A stretch of 64,000 nt of DNA, taken from assembly GCA_002269645.1 (NCBI GenBank), contig NIVC01002176.1:124001-188000 (forward strand). Direction: 5' to 3'. How positions within the stretch are numbered: position 1 is the first letter of the stretch; the number at the start of each line of letters is the position of its first letter. A program made the translations under genes and the position numbers. Source of the stretch: Macrostomum lignano. Taxonomy: Eukaryota. The notes below the pieces were generated by a model. It made no database searches and had not been told where the DNA came from. It worked only from the letters and a program-made list of their open reading frames with translations. Of the stretch, positions 37,479 through 50,562 are shown one piece after another.

Positions 37479-40400
37479 ATGTCCGCTTTTCTTGTCGCCG
37501 TTGCTGCGTGTCTAATCGGCGGGACTCCGTTTTTGACTGGGGCTGGAGCAGAAGCCGGTAAGTTCTATTGTACATTATAATTGACAGTTCAATATTTTTA
37601 TCATTTTTACGCATATACTGAAGTATTAGCAATTCATGCCGTTTATTTTTTCTGAGCTCACTGCACGTATCCGATATGCTGTAGCGACACCTAAAAGCTC
37701 CATCAACCCTGGGCCAGAAGAAAGTTCATTTCTACGTTTCAGTGTTTTCTACCGACGAGATTTTGCAAACAACGACGGCTCCGATGACGTCACAGCCTGG
37801 ACGCAGCGCTGTAGACTGCGCCTTTAAATGCGAGTTCTCGCCCGAAAGAGACTGCTCCTCTGTCGCCTTTGTTCCTGAGACGAAGCTCTGCCTCCTTTCC
37901 GAGCTGCAGAATGCCGAATTCGCGGCTGTCGCTCCCACTGGTCTGGTCTATCGAAAGAAACTGGACAGTAAGTTAAAGTTTATTCGACCTTATTGGAACA
38001 AACGACTTAAAATTATCAATAGATTGAGGCACTAGTACCTGCGAGCTCGTTGGTAACAAGGCTTTTTATTAGAGAATCTTCGGTTCGTTATTTTTAGAGG
38101 GGCCAATCCACATTGACGGCCGGACATTCCAAGTGATCCAGCACAGATCGAAGGGCGTGCTGAGCTTTGCTCGAGGCTGGACTCAGTATGAGGATGGCTT
38201 TGGAGACGATACGGACTTCTGGATTGGTGAGTTTCACGTTATTTGATGTTGGCCGTGACCCTTAAAAGGGCCGTTTTAGTCCCAAAATAAGTTGAAGTCA
38301 ACTTAGGCGAAGTGAATGGTGTAGCGGAGCACTTGGCAATAAGGGCAGGAAACTGCCGTAGTCGTTTTTATTATCAATATAAATAGTAAATTTGGTTGTT
38401 ACTGGCAAATAACAAACTATGGCTTTCTGGGCACTGGCGGCTGCAACAATGGTTTCTTTTTTGAAGATAAATTGGATGTGAGTTCAAGCGACAGACGAGT
38501 GATGTAATGGCGACGTAACGTGATGATCAATGGCAATGAGTACAGTGAAGGCAGTGAGACGTAGTAGGCAGGCAGATGAGCAGTGGCGAGGTTGGCGTCA
38601 GCCGTGGCGTGAGGTAAGGAGGCTCGAGGCAGCCAGACAGAGAGAAGGAAAACACACACAAGGCCAAGGACAGACGGGGAGAGAGAGCGAGGGAGAGAGA
38701 GGAGAGTGGAGTGCCCGCCGCCAGGCGGGGGGGTTTAATAAAGGAGCGCAGAGGGGGGTAGCGCGAAGCACGAGTGGTTTTCATTGGCTGGCGAGAGAAC
38801 TTAAAATTATCGATCGTGCCAATTTTATACGGTCGCGAGAGAGGATAGCAAAATATACAGTGAATTAGAAATTGCCACAAAATCGTTGGGCACTACTACA
38901 AGTAAACGTCGCAATAAACAAATGGAAAAGTTTAGTTGAAACGGTGAAACTGAAGGGTTGAAACTATAGAGAAACAGCAGTCCAACGGCCCTTTTCGGGA
39001 CCACCTTAAACTGACAACGTCACAGTGAGCACTGAGTCACTCAAAAAGATGAGGCCAAGCGTCTTGTAATTTCATTTTGATTTTTTAATATCAGATTTTA
39101 CTAAATGTAAAAAATTGAAAACTCTCTTTTAGTCTTTTTAGTGTTCAAAAATCGAAAACTAAAAAATCTTTAACTTGATCCTGTCGGTTTGTAACAGATT
39201 GCTCCACGAAATGAGCTCAAAATCAATATACGAGTATGCACGGAAACTGTGATGCAATAAGGAACTTTAAAATTCAAAACAGTGTGCTCTATTTCGTCAT
39301 ATATGTTCTTAAAAAAATTAATATTGTAACGGAACTTTATGTCCGGCTCTCCTGTCTGTTTCTACGATCAAAGATGCTGGTGTCTTTCGTGCTGATTTTC
39401 TGAGCTGAGAGAGTGCGGAATAGTCAACGTAAATTACAATTTCGTGGCTGTCACTACCCTATCACTCACTGTCGCACCTTTCCTAGATTACCTCTGGAGA
39501 CAGTGAAGCAGCGAAATGTTAAAATTCCTCGGAATCAATTTGAAATCTGTTTTTGAACAGCAGTGGTAGGGTGGCTTACAGTAGTCCACGAAGTACTAAA
39601 TTATGTTTACCTTCTCTTGTGTATCCGTCTAGTCTGAGGGAAAGTGGAATTTCCCGTAATTTCCCGAAGTAGCCTTTACTGTAGAAATCAGTTGTGATAC
39701 CTTCAGTTGCAAGTGATACCTAATCGTCAATTATATGAGCAATTCATATCAAGAACAGTCAGCTCTGGTCTCAGAATGCCTCAGTATTTCTGTTAAAATG
39801 ATGCAGAAGTATGTTCATGCTTGCGACATCATGATACGATGAGGAATGCAAAAATAGTCTCACAATGCACAAGGTCTAAAAACGACCTCATATTCATATT
39901 AATAGTGAAACTTCCGCTAGATATCTTTTAAAGCATTTAGAGTTTCTGTTCCTTTTGAAATACTGAATCATTTTATTGTAACTGTAAGTAGTAAATTCGA
40001 ATAGTTATTTAAAACAAGCTGCATGTAATAGCCAAGCAAACATATAGCTCGTATGGCCGATAACACTTAAAATTTTCAGGACTTCGCAAAATCCACGAGC
40101 TGACCGGAAGCTCGCCGAAGCTACTGCGAGTTAAAGCCGTCACCTGGTCGGATGAGCTGTACGTCTGCGAGTACTCCGGCTTCACGGTGGCCGATGCCAG
40201 CACGAACTACACCATGACCTACACTTCGTATCTGAGCGGCAGCTCCAACACGACCAGCGACTCGCTTGCTGCCAACAAGGGGATGCAGTTCTCCACCATG
40301 GACCGCGACAACGACAACTATGGATCTTCTTGTTCCAACCGACGTGGAAATTCCGGTTTGTGGTATAATGGCTGCTCTAGGTCTAATCCCAACGGAGTTT

Positions 40401-40507
40401 ATCGCTACTCAGCAGGGACTGATGAAGAATTCATGCACTGGGCAGGTGCTACATCTGAGAATTTTATCGCGCTAAAAAGTGTTCGCCTGATGCTCCAGTG
40501 GCCCTAA
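37479..40507 (+). CDS. Secreted PAN-FReD protein, family II copy B (exons 37479-37557, 37743-37967, 38098-38226, 40080-40507)
   Basis: Signal MSAFLVAVAACLIGG; exon lengths 79/225/129/428 identical to copy A; intact frame; last intron enlarged to 1853 nt. Confidence 0.88.
38255..39004. mobile_element. Possible non-autonomous DNA transposon inside the last intron of copy B
   Basis: Imperfect inverted repeat CCC(TT/G)AAAAGGGCCGTT at 38259-38275 and 38984-38999; no TSD identified. Confidence 0.35.
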
Positions 40508-41106
40508 CTTTTTCAATGTTCAGTTTTGATGAATAAGTTTTGATTGAGAAACAGACTATCAAATTTTCACATCCAGACAGTTTCTATAAAAAACGGAGAA
40601 AAACTGAGTTATATATACACAATAATCTTCTGATCCCCATAAACTTTGAGAGCAAAACTCCTTCGTTCTTCGTAGCTTTTAAAGTACTCAATGAATTTTG
40701 ATTAATTTTGTGCGTTCAGCGCAAACAATGAATACAATTCTGACAAGCGGAATGAAAGCTTCATTGTGCCGCATATTTCATATAGCTTACCGCAATGCCT
40801 TTCTGCTTGCAGTTCCATATAGTCTCTCTGCCTCAAAATTTAATTATAACAATGGGTGCCATGGGACTACTAATATATGACAAATTGACATGCCAAATTA
40901 TTGGAAATGCCTTAAGGATGGTATGGTTAGTCTTATTAAGAATATGGCTAAAAAGAAAAAATAAAAATATAGACATACTGTATTCATCTAATCTCAATAC
41001 ATGTAGTGTAACTCTGTCTCACTCGGAGATCAATATTTCAAGCTAATTCCCTCCGTTCTCTCTGCAAAATGTACAAATTTCTCTTATATGAGAGAAGCTA
41101 AGCCGA

Positions 41107-44100
41107 GCCTGTCTAACTGGTAAACCTGCCTGTCTAACTGGTAAACCAGCCTGTCTAACTGGTAAACCAGCCTGTCTAACTGGTAAACCTGCCTGTCTAA
41201 CTGTAAACCTGACTGTCTAACTGGTAAACCAGCCTGTCTAACTGGTAAACCTGCCTGTCTAACTGGTAAACCTGCCTGTCTAACTGGTAAACCTGCCTGT
41301 CTAACTGGTAAACCTGCCTGTCTAACTGGTAAACCTGCCTGTCTAACTGGTAAACCTGCGTGTCTAACTGGTAAACCTGCCTGTCTAACTGTAAACCTGC
41401 GTGTCTAACTGGTAAACCTGCCTGTCTAACTGGTAAACCTGCCTGTCTAACTGTAAACCAGCCTGTCTAACTGGTAAACCTGCCTGTCTAACTGGTAAAC
41501 CTGCCTGTCTAACTGGTAAACCTGCCTGTCTAACTGGTAAACCTGCCTGTCTAACTGGTAAACCTTTCTGTCTAACTGGTAAACCTGCCTGTCTAACTGG
41601 TAAACCTGCCTGTCTAACTGGTAAACATGCCTGTCTAACTGGTAAACCTGCCTGTCTAACTGGTAAACCTGCCTGTCTAACTGGTAAACATGCCTGTCTA
41701 ACTGGTAAACCTGCCTGTCTAACTGGTAAACCAGCCTGTCTACCTGGTAAACCAGCCTGTCTAACTGGTAAACCTGCCTGTCTAACTGGTAAACCTGCCT
41801 GTCTAACTGGTAAACCAGCCTGTCTACCTGGTAAACCTGCCTGTCTAACTGGTAAACCTGCCTGTCTAACTGGTAAACCTGCCTGTCTAACTGGTAAACC
41901 TGCCTGTCTAACTGTAAACCAGCCTGTCTAACTGGTAAACCTGCCTGTCTAACTGGTAAACCTGCCTGTCTAACTGGTAAACCTGCCTGTCTAACTGGTA
42001 AACCTGCCTGTCTAACTGGTAAACCTGCCTGTCTAACTGTAAACCAGCCTGTCTAACTGGTAAACCTGCCTGTCTAACTGGTAAACCTGCCTGTCTAACT
42101 GGTAAACATGCCTGTCTAACTGGTAAACCTGCCTGTCTAACTGGTAAACCAGCCTGTCTACCTGGTAAACCAGCCTGTCTAACTGGTAAACCTGCCTGTC
42201 TAACTGGTAAACCTGCCTGTCTAACTGGTAAACCAGCCTGTCTACCTGGTAAACCTGCCTGTCTAACTGGTAAACCTGCCTGTCTAACTGGTAAACCTGC
42301 CTGTCTAACTGGTAAACCTGCCTGTCTAACTGTAAACCAGCCTGTCTAACTGGTAAACCTGCCTGTCTAACTGGTAAACCTGCCTGTCTAACTGGTAAAC
42401 CTGCCTGTCTAACTGGTAAACCTGCCTGTCTAACTGGTAAACCAGCCTGTCTACCTGGTAAACCAGCCTGTCTAACTGGTAAACCTGCCTGTCTAACTGG
42501 TAAACCTGCCTGTCTAACTGGTAAACCAGCCTGTCTACCTGGTAAACCTGCCTGTCTAACTGGTAAACCTGCCTGTCTAACTGGTAAACCTGCCTGTCTA
42601 ACTGGTAAACCTGCCTGTCTAACTGTAAACCAGCCTGTCTAACTGGTAAACCTGCCTGTCTAACTGGTAAACCTGCCTGTCTAACTGGTAAACCTGCCTG
42701 TCTAACTGGTAAACCTGCCTGTCTAACTGGTAAACCTGCCTGTCTAACTGTAAACCAGCCTGTCTAACTGGTAAACCTGCCTGTCTAACTGGTAAACCTG
42801 CCTGTCTAACTGGTAAACATGCCTGTCTAACTGGTAAACCTGCCTGTCTAACTGGTAAACCAGCCTGTCTACCTGGTAAACCAGCCTGTCTAACTGGTAA
42901 ACCTGCCTGTCTAACTGGTAAACCTGCCTGTCTAACTGGTAAACCAGCCTGTCTACCTGGTAAACCTGCCTGTCTAACTGGTAAACCTGCCTGTCTAACT
43001 GGTAAACCTGCCTGTCTAACTGGTAAACCTGCCTGTCTAACTGGTAAACCAGCCTGTCTAACTGGTAAACCTGCCTGTCTAACTGGTAAACCTGCCTGTC
43101 TAACTGGTAAACCTGCCTGTCTAACTGGTAAACCTGCCTGTCTAACTGGTAAACCTGCCTGTCTAACTGTAAACCAGCCTGTCTAACTGGTAAACCTGCC
43201 TGTCTAACTGGTAAACCTGCCTGTCTAACTGGTAAACCAGCCTGTCTAACTGGTAAACCTGCCTGTCTAACTGGTAAACCTGCCTGTCTAACTGGTAAAC
43301 CTGCCTGTCTAACTGGTAAACCTGCCTGTCTACCTGGTAAACCAGCCTGTCTAACTGGTAAACCTGCCTGTCTAACTGGTAAACCTGCCTGTCTAACTGG
43401 TAAACCTGCCTGTCTAACTGGTAAACCTGCCTGTCTAACTGGTAAACCTGCCTGTCTACCTGGTAAACCAGCCTGTCTAACTGGTAAACCTGCCTGTCTA
43501 ACTGGTAAACCTGCCTGTCTAACTGGTAAACCTGCCTGTCTAACTGGTAAACCTGCCTGTCTAACTGGTAAACCTGCCTGTCTAACTGGTAAACCTGCCT
43601 GTCTAACTGGTAAACCTGCCTGTCTACCTGGTAAACCTTTCTGTCTAACTGTAAACCAGCCTGTCTAACTGGTAAACCTGCCTGTCTAACTGGTAAACCT
43701 GCCTGTCTAACTGGTAAACCTGCCTGTCTAACTGGTAAACCTGCCTGTCTACCTGGTAAACCTGCCTGTCTAACTGGTAAACCTGCCTGTCTAACTGGTA
43801 AACCTTTCTGTCTAACTGGTAAACCTGCCTGTCTAACTGGTAAACCTGCCTGTCTAACTGGTAAACCTGCCTGTCTAACTGGTAAACCTGCCTGTCTAAC
43901 TGGTAAACCTTTCTGTCTAACTGGTAAACCTGCCTGTCTAACTGGTAAACCTGCCTGTCTAACTGGTAAACCTGCCTGTCTAACTGGTAAACCTGCCTGT
44001 CTAACTGGTAAACCTTTCTGTCTAACTGGTAAACCTGCCTGTCTAACTGGTAAACCTGCCTGTCTAACTGGTAAACCTGCCTGTCTAACTGGTAAACCTG

Positions 44101-45649
44101 CCTGTCTAACTGGTAAACCTGCCTGTCTAACTGGTAAACCTGCCTGTCTAACTGGTAAACCAGCCTGTCTAACTGGTAAACCTGCCTGTCTAACTGGTAA
44201 ACCTGCCTGTCTAACTGGTAAACCTGCCTGTCTAACTGGTAAACCTGCCTGTCTAACTGGTAAACCTGCCTGTCTAACTGTAAACCAGCCTGTCTAACTG
44301 GTAAACCTGCCTGTCTAACTGGTAAACCTGCCTGTCTAACTGTAAACCAGCCTGTCTAACTGGTAAACCAGCCTGTCTAACTGGTAAACCAGCCTGTCTA
44401 ACTGGTAAACCAGCCTGTCTAACTGGTAAACCAGCCTGTCTAACTGGTAAACCTGCCTGTCTACCTGGTAAACCTTTCTGTCTAACTGTAAACCAGCCTG
44501 TCTAACTGGTAAACCTGCCTGTCTAACTGGTAAACCTGCCTGTCTAACTGTAAACCAGCCTGTCTAACTGGTAAACCTTTCTGTCTAACTGTAAACCTGC
44601 CTGTCTAACTGGTAAACCTGCCTGTCTAACTGGTAAACCTGCCTGTCTAACTGTAAACCAGCCTGTCTAACTGGTAAACCAGCCTGTCTAACTGGTAAAC
44701 CAGCCTGTCTAACTGGTAAACCTGCCTGTCTAACTGGTAAACCTGCCTGTCTAACTGGTAAACCTGCCTGTCTAACTGGTAAACCTGCCTGTCTAACTGG
44801 TAAACCTGCCTGTCTAACTGTAAACCAGCCTGTCTAACTGGTAAACCTGCCTGTCTAACTGGTAAACCTGCCTGTCTAACTGTAAACCAGCCTGTCTAAC
44901 TGGTAAACCTGCCTGTCTAACTGGTAAACCTGCCTGTCTAACTGTAAACCAGCCTGTCTAACTGGTAAACTAGCCTGTCTAACTGGTAAACCAGCCTGTC
45001 TAACTGGTAAACCTGCCTGTCTAACTGGTAAACCTGCCTGTCTAACTGGTAAACCTGCCTGTCTAACTGGTAAACCTGCCTGTCTAACTGGTAAACCTGC
45101 CTGTCTAACTGGTAAACCTGCCTGTCTAACTGGTAAACCTGCCTGTCTAACTGGTAAACCTGCCTGTCTAACTGGTAAACCTGCCTGTCTAACTGGTAAA
45201 CCTGCCTGTCTAACTGGTAAACCTGCCTGTCTAACTGGTAAACCTGCCTGTCTAACTGGTAAACCTGCCTGTCTAACTGGTAAACCTGCCTGTCTAACTG
45301 GTAAACCTGCCTGTCTAACTGGTAAACCTGCCTGTCTAACTGGTAAACCTGCCTGTCTAACTGGTAAACCTGCCTGTCTAACTGGTAAACCAGCCTGTCT
45401 AACTGGTAAACCTGCCTGTCTAACTGGTAAACCTGCCTGTCTAACTGGTAAACCTACCTGTCTAACTGGTAAACATGCCTGTCTAACTGTAAACATGACT
45501 GTCTAACTGGTAAACCTGCCTGTCTAACTGGTAAACCTGCCTGTCTAACTGGTAAACCTGCCTGTCTAACTGGTAAATCTGCCTATCTAACTGGTAAACC
45601 TGCCTGTCTAACTGTAAACCAGCCTGTCTAACTGTAAACATGACTGTCT
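41107..45649. repeat. 21-bp satellite (CTGCCTGTCTAACTGGTAAAC), ~4.5 kb, ~215 copies
   Basis: Highly homogeneous tandem array with recurrent variant units. Confidence 0.98.
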
Positions 45650-46466
45650 GTCGCTAGTCCTCACTATTCAACTCGATAAGCCTCGGTCAGACAAGAGGCC
45701 ACAGAAACGATAGATTTTCCCTTAATTGGCTTATGTTCATTTTGAATAGATGTAGGGCAGAATTCCTATTTTTGAATGCAGCTTCGTCTTTGCTAATAAA
45801 GTAATTTTGCATGTAGGTGGCCTGCCTTAGAAACACATCGATTCAAGCGCCGCTTGTTGTGCTGCAGAAAAAAACAATTCACCAGTTCAAGTTCAAATTC
45901 AATTGAAAGATCAGAATGCTTAAAGTTCAGATTTTACTTCAAAGGTTAACTGTTAAAATTAGGATACAACGTCACACATTTCTAATAAATACGTTTATAT
46001 CGTTTGATTCAGTTCTTACAATTTTAGTAAGAACTGAATAATAATAGAGAATAATAGAGAATAATATTTTAAGGCTTAACCTAACACATTGTTAAAGTTC
46101 TTAGTGCTGAGGCAAATAAGCCCCATTGTCTAAAGATCTTGTCTAAAGCTAGAAATCAAGCAGCGTGCACCTTTCTAGAATTTTCTCCAGCTAAAAGCTG
46201 CTCGAATGCTTTTCGTGTGCACATGCTTAATTTGGCAACTTCTCGACAGTGCCGAGCTCCAGAAAGGGATGATGAGGCTTGAGAAAGTTTCTCAAATCTG
46301 GTGCTTGCGTTTGAAGGGGAAAAAGCGGGATGGGGCAGCAGGAGTGAAGCATCTGCGTATGCCGTCTTGTGAGTTATCTCCCGCCCACAAGGTAGCTACT
46401 ACAATCAGAAGATCAAGTCGTTTGAGTCTGTAAAACATCTGGTTAATGGGCAAACTGAATCAAGCC

Positions 46467-46768
46467 CAGGCGCCTCGCCACCGGGGGGGGGATGGAACAG
46501 GGGAGACATGCCCCCCCCCAGTAAATGCTATGGGGGGACTTGCCAATGCTTTGTCCCCCCCACCCCACCTTGTGACTTGTCAAAAATAAATAATTTTTCT
46601 TCAGGGCGTCAAAATATAGCGCCTTCGGCGCTAAAATGAGTGCCTGCGGCGCCAAAATGAGTGCTGACAACACGATTCTCAAAATAATGGAAATGTACGA
46701 ATTTAGTCATGTACATGTTGAATTCTTGGCTTCGTCACCCCACCATAAAAGCCATGGCGAGGTCCCTG
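46467..46768. mobile_element. hAT-superfamily MITE (302 bp)
   Basis: TIRs CAGGCGCCTCGCCA / rc CAGGGACCTCGCCA (12/14); perfect 8-bp TSD ATCAAGCC at 46459-46466 and 46769-46776. Confidence 0.9.
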
Positions 46769-47580
46769 ATCAAGCCGTTTCAAGTTTAAGAAAACATCTG
46801 CGTTCTGCTTTCTGTTTTCAATCAAAGACTTTTTCGAAGCCGTCTTAGTCCAATATTGATAATAAATAACAGAATTTTAGTATCCTAGCACTTGAGTCTC
46901 AAGACTCGAGATAGAATTTTTGTATCATGAAATTTTATATTTTTGGGTACTGCTGCATCGTCCACATTATTTTTGTCTTGTCGATCTGAAGGTCTCCTGC
47001 ACTGATTTTTACTCTTTGGGGGCAGGTAGTCGATAATTTAAAGGACATACCCGACCATCAGTAGTTGCAATCCCCTTCATTACTTGTTACCGACAGGGCA
47101 GCACAGAGACTTCTACAGATAAAAAACGCACATTTTAATTGATGCGAAAAATTACATTTCTATTCTTATGTTTCACTGCTAGATTTGCACAGTTAATGCA
47201 ATGCTATACATTTACCTTAATCGATGCAAGATTTCAAGGAAACTGGCTTGCTAGAAAAATGTCTAGAAAGGTACCGGTATAACTGCAGTGACTTCCGCTG
47301 TGTTAAAAGCTTTAGTTTGAAAAAGTTGAGCGACAGACAAGAACAGGGAAGTAACCAAGTCTCGTTGGAGACATGCATTCTGTTTACTCAACCCAACTTC
47401 TCTCAGTCAACATTACTCAGCAAACTCAAAACCTGCTTTTAAGGCTTTTGCAGTGCAGCAGGCCCAGCTGCTTATTTTAGAGTTAAAAAAGTCAGCAGCT
47501 GACTATCTATATAAGATCGACAGCGATAGGGACTGGCTGACGGAGCTGTCTGCCCCTCCATCAGGTGCAGAGCACTCAGC

Positions 47581-48776
47581 ATGCAATCAATCCTCATTGC
47601 CGTTGCTGTCGCTCTCTGCAGCGGCTCAACTGTTTGGACTCTGGACAGTGCAGCATCTGGTAAGTCAAGCTTTTTGAATGAGTGTGGAAGTACTTCAGTA
47701 GTTGTTAAGAAGGTTTAAATTCATGCGATTTGCAGTGTTTTCTCAAGAGGAAGTTGCGCACACCACACCTGCTCCGATTCACCACGAGCCTGGTCGAAGC
47801 GTCGCTGACTGCGCTCTGAAATGCGAGCAGCCCATCGTGAAGTTCTGCTCCGCCTTCGCCTTCGTGCCAGAGAAGAAGGTCTGCCTGCTCTCCGAGATAC
47901 CGACTGCCGATTTTGCACCTGCCGCTCCTGGTGAACTGGTTTATCGAAAGCTTATGGCTAGTAAGTTTTAAATCGAGCCTGTGTTCACTAATAATAAAAT
48001 GAATAGCTGTGAATTCTCAAAAATTGTGAAAAGAATAAGTCGCTCAACGGATAGCTAAAATCAATCGCTTTGATTAATAAATGAATTCATTAGTTCACGC
48101 ACCGCTAGACACACTTAAACATTGTTTGCTTTTTTGATATATCAGAACGAATCGTCCAGATCAACGGACTAGAATTCCAAGTGATTCAGCACAGGTCGAA
48201 GGGCGAGCTGAGCTTTGCTCGCAGCTGGACTGAGTATGAGAACGGCTTTGGAGACGATACGGACTTCTGGATTGGTGAGCAGGACACTTTAGCTTTACCA
48301 AACACCAATCGAATCAATAAAGACTTAAGGATAATTTCATTTTTTTTATTTCAGGCCTTCGAAAAATCCATGAGCTGACCGGGAGCTCGCCGAAGCTTCT
48401 GCGAGTCGAGGCCGTCACCTGGTCGGATGAGCTGTATGTCTGCGAGTACTCCGGCTTCACAGTGGCTGATGCCAGCACGAACTACACCATGACTGGCATT
48501 TCGTACCTGAGCGGCAGCTCCAACACGACTGCCAATTCGTTCACTTTTAACAGGGGGATGCAGTTCTCCACCATGGACCGGGACAACGACCAATTTGTAA
48601 ATCATTGTTCCAGCAGCTTTGGAAACTCCGGTTGGTGGTTCAAAAGCTGCTCGCATACCAACCCAAACGGTATCTATTATAGCACTGCTATTACTAAAAC
48701 AAATACAATGCACTGGGCTAGTGCTACATCCGGGAATGATGTTGCACTGAAGAGCATTCGATTGATGATCCATTAG
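47581..48776 (+). CDS. Secreted PAN-FReD protein, family II copy C (exons 47581-47659, 47736-47960, 48146-48274, 48355-48776)
   Basis: Signal MQSILIAVAVALCSG; PAN core CALKC..FCSAFAFV..VCLLS; full FReD with DRDND and GWWF; all junctions in frame. Confidence 0.9.
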
Positions 48777-49485
48777 GTTTGATGATAATTAGCAGTCACC
48801 TGCCTACGTTGAGCTGGAGCCAACTATTTTAATAACATCAAACTGGTATCTCACGTGGCAGTTGAGCAATCCAACTCACTCAAGACTATAACCGTACGAG
48901 AAAATAAGTGTAAGTGAGCTTTAGTAGGAAACATTACCAAGGAGCTGTAATCCATTGATGCGAGCGTTGCGGTTTACGATCGTGTGAATCTTTTTTGACT
49001 CTTAATATTCAAGCTTAGGCAGTAACTCAGTACGTCAGTCTAATGAAAAATTACTGATAAAAATGCATTCGTTTTTTGTTCAGAAAAAGTTGTCAAGTTT
49101 CTTAAAAAAAACTGTGTATTCCTGTCTATTTCTGTGTATCTGTGAACAACTACACTTTGTATGACAAACGTTCCTTCTCGCTTTCTCACTTTCTCAAAAA
49201 ATCACAACTGCGGTACTCAAAAAACCTTGGCCTCCATTGTGAAAAAATCTTAAAATGTAAGCTTTTCAAAAATTTTTTTGATTATTGACAAAATCATTTT
49301 CTAACCCGTGCGTTTCTAATTCATATTCATATTTTTGCAAACCGTCCAAGATTCCGAGTTACATAAACTGAAACTAAATTTTTCGTTATGTAAACTTTTC
49401 TTGCTCTTAGCCTAATGTATTCCACACTGTACCACTAATCCATCCTGGAAGTGTTTTGCTAGCAGATAATCTCAGTAAGTATTCC

Positions 49486-49985
49486 CCGCTGCCATAGACA
49501 GCACTCTCCATATTCCCAGCTGCCATAGACAGCACTCTCCATATTCCCAGCTGCCATAGACAGCACTCTCCATATTCCCCGCTGCCATAGACGGCACTCC
49601 ATATATTCTCCACGCTGCCATAGACAGCACTCTCCATATTCCCCGCTGCCATAGACAGCACTCTCCATATTCCCAGCTGCCATAGACAGCACTCTCCATA
49701 TTCCCCGCTGCCATAGACAGCACTCTCCATATATTCTTCATGCTGCCATAGACAGCACTCTCCATATTCCCAGCTGCCATAGACAGCACTCTCCATATTC
49801 CCAGCTGCCATAGACAGCACTCTCCATATTCCCAGCTGCCATAGACAGCACTCTCCATATTCCCAGCTGCCATAGACAGCACTCTCCATATTCCCCGCTC
49901 CCATAGACAGCGAGCGCTCTCCATGTATTCTCCCACTGCCATAGACAGCAATCTCCATATTCCCAGCTGCCACAGACAGCACTCC
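49486..49985. repeat. 31-bp minisatellite (GCTGCCATAGACAGCACTCTCCATATTCCC[A/C]), ~16 copies
   Basis: Tandem units; 31-aa periodic ORFs on the minus strand. Confidence 0.94.
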
Positions 49986-50562
49986 AGTCCTGGCTTGCAT
50001 GGAATACATTTTATTGATACTATTCCACTGAATCAAGAAGAGTGTCTGTGCAGAATATACGAGTCGAAAATAAAGGACATATATCCAAGGCAAGCTTAAA
50101 TTTACTCAACTCATTTTATCCCTTTTTATCTGTTTTAGCTGTTCTATCATCTCAACCTACTTGCCTATATTACGTTTTTATTACCATTCACTTTTCTTGA
50201 ATGCAAAACGTTCTATAAAAATAAACTAATAAAGTCTTTAAACTTGACCTATCAACGGCATAAGCAAAATGATCTACCATCAGAGCCAAAATCTGTTTGC
50301 TGTTTGATTATTACTGTTGAGTTCCTGGCGATCAAAGACTACGAATATTTCGACTATTACGTTGCAATACAGAACCATAAATTCCGGGGTAAATATATTC
50401 AACAGCTTAACCAACCCACCTCCAACTCACACTGTCACGCGGCAAAAAAGTTAAACAATGCATTTAATGCTAGTTCAGTATCGTGTGCAGGAACCACGAG
50501 TGACTCGTCGTTGGCTCGATGGGGTTTATTTCTAGAGAGACCTTGACTGTCATTGTGTGGCA

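Noticed and set aside
44876-45496. (LPVRQAG)n ORF
   Set aside because: Stop-free frame of the 21-bp satellite, broken elsewhere by 1-nt deletion units
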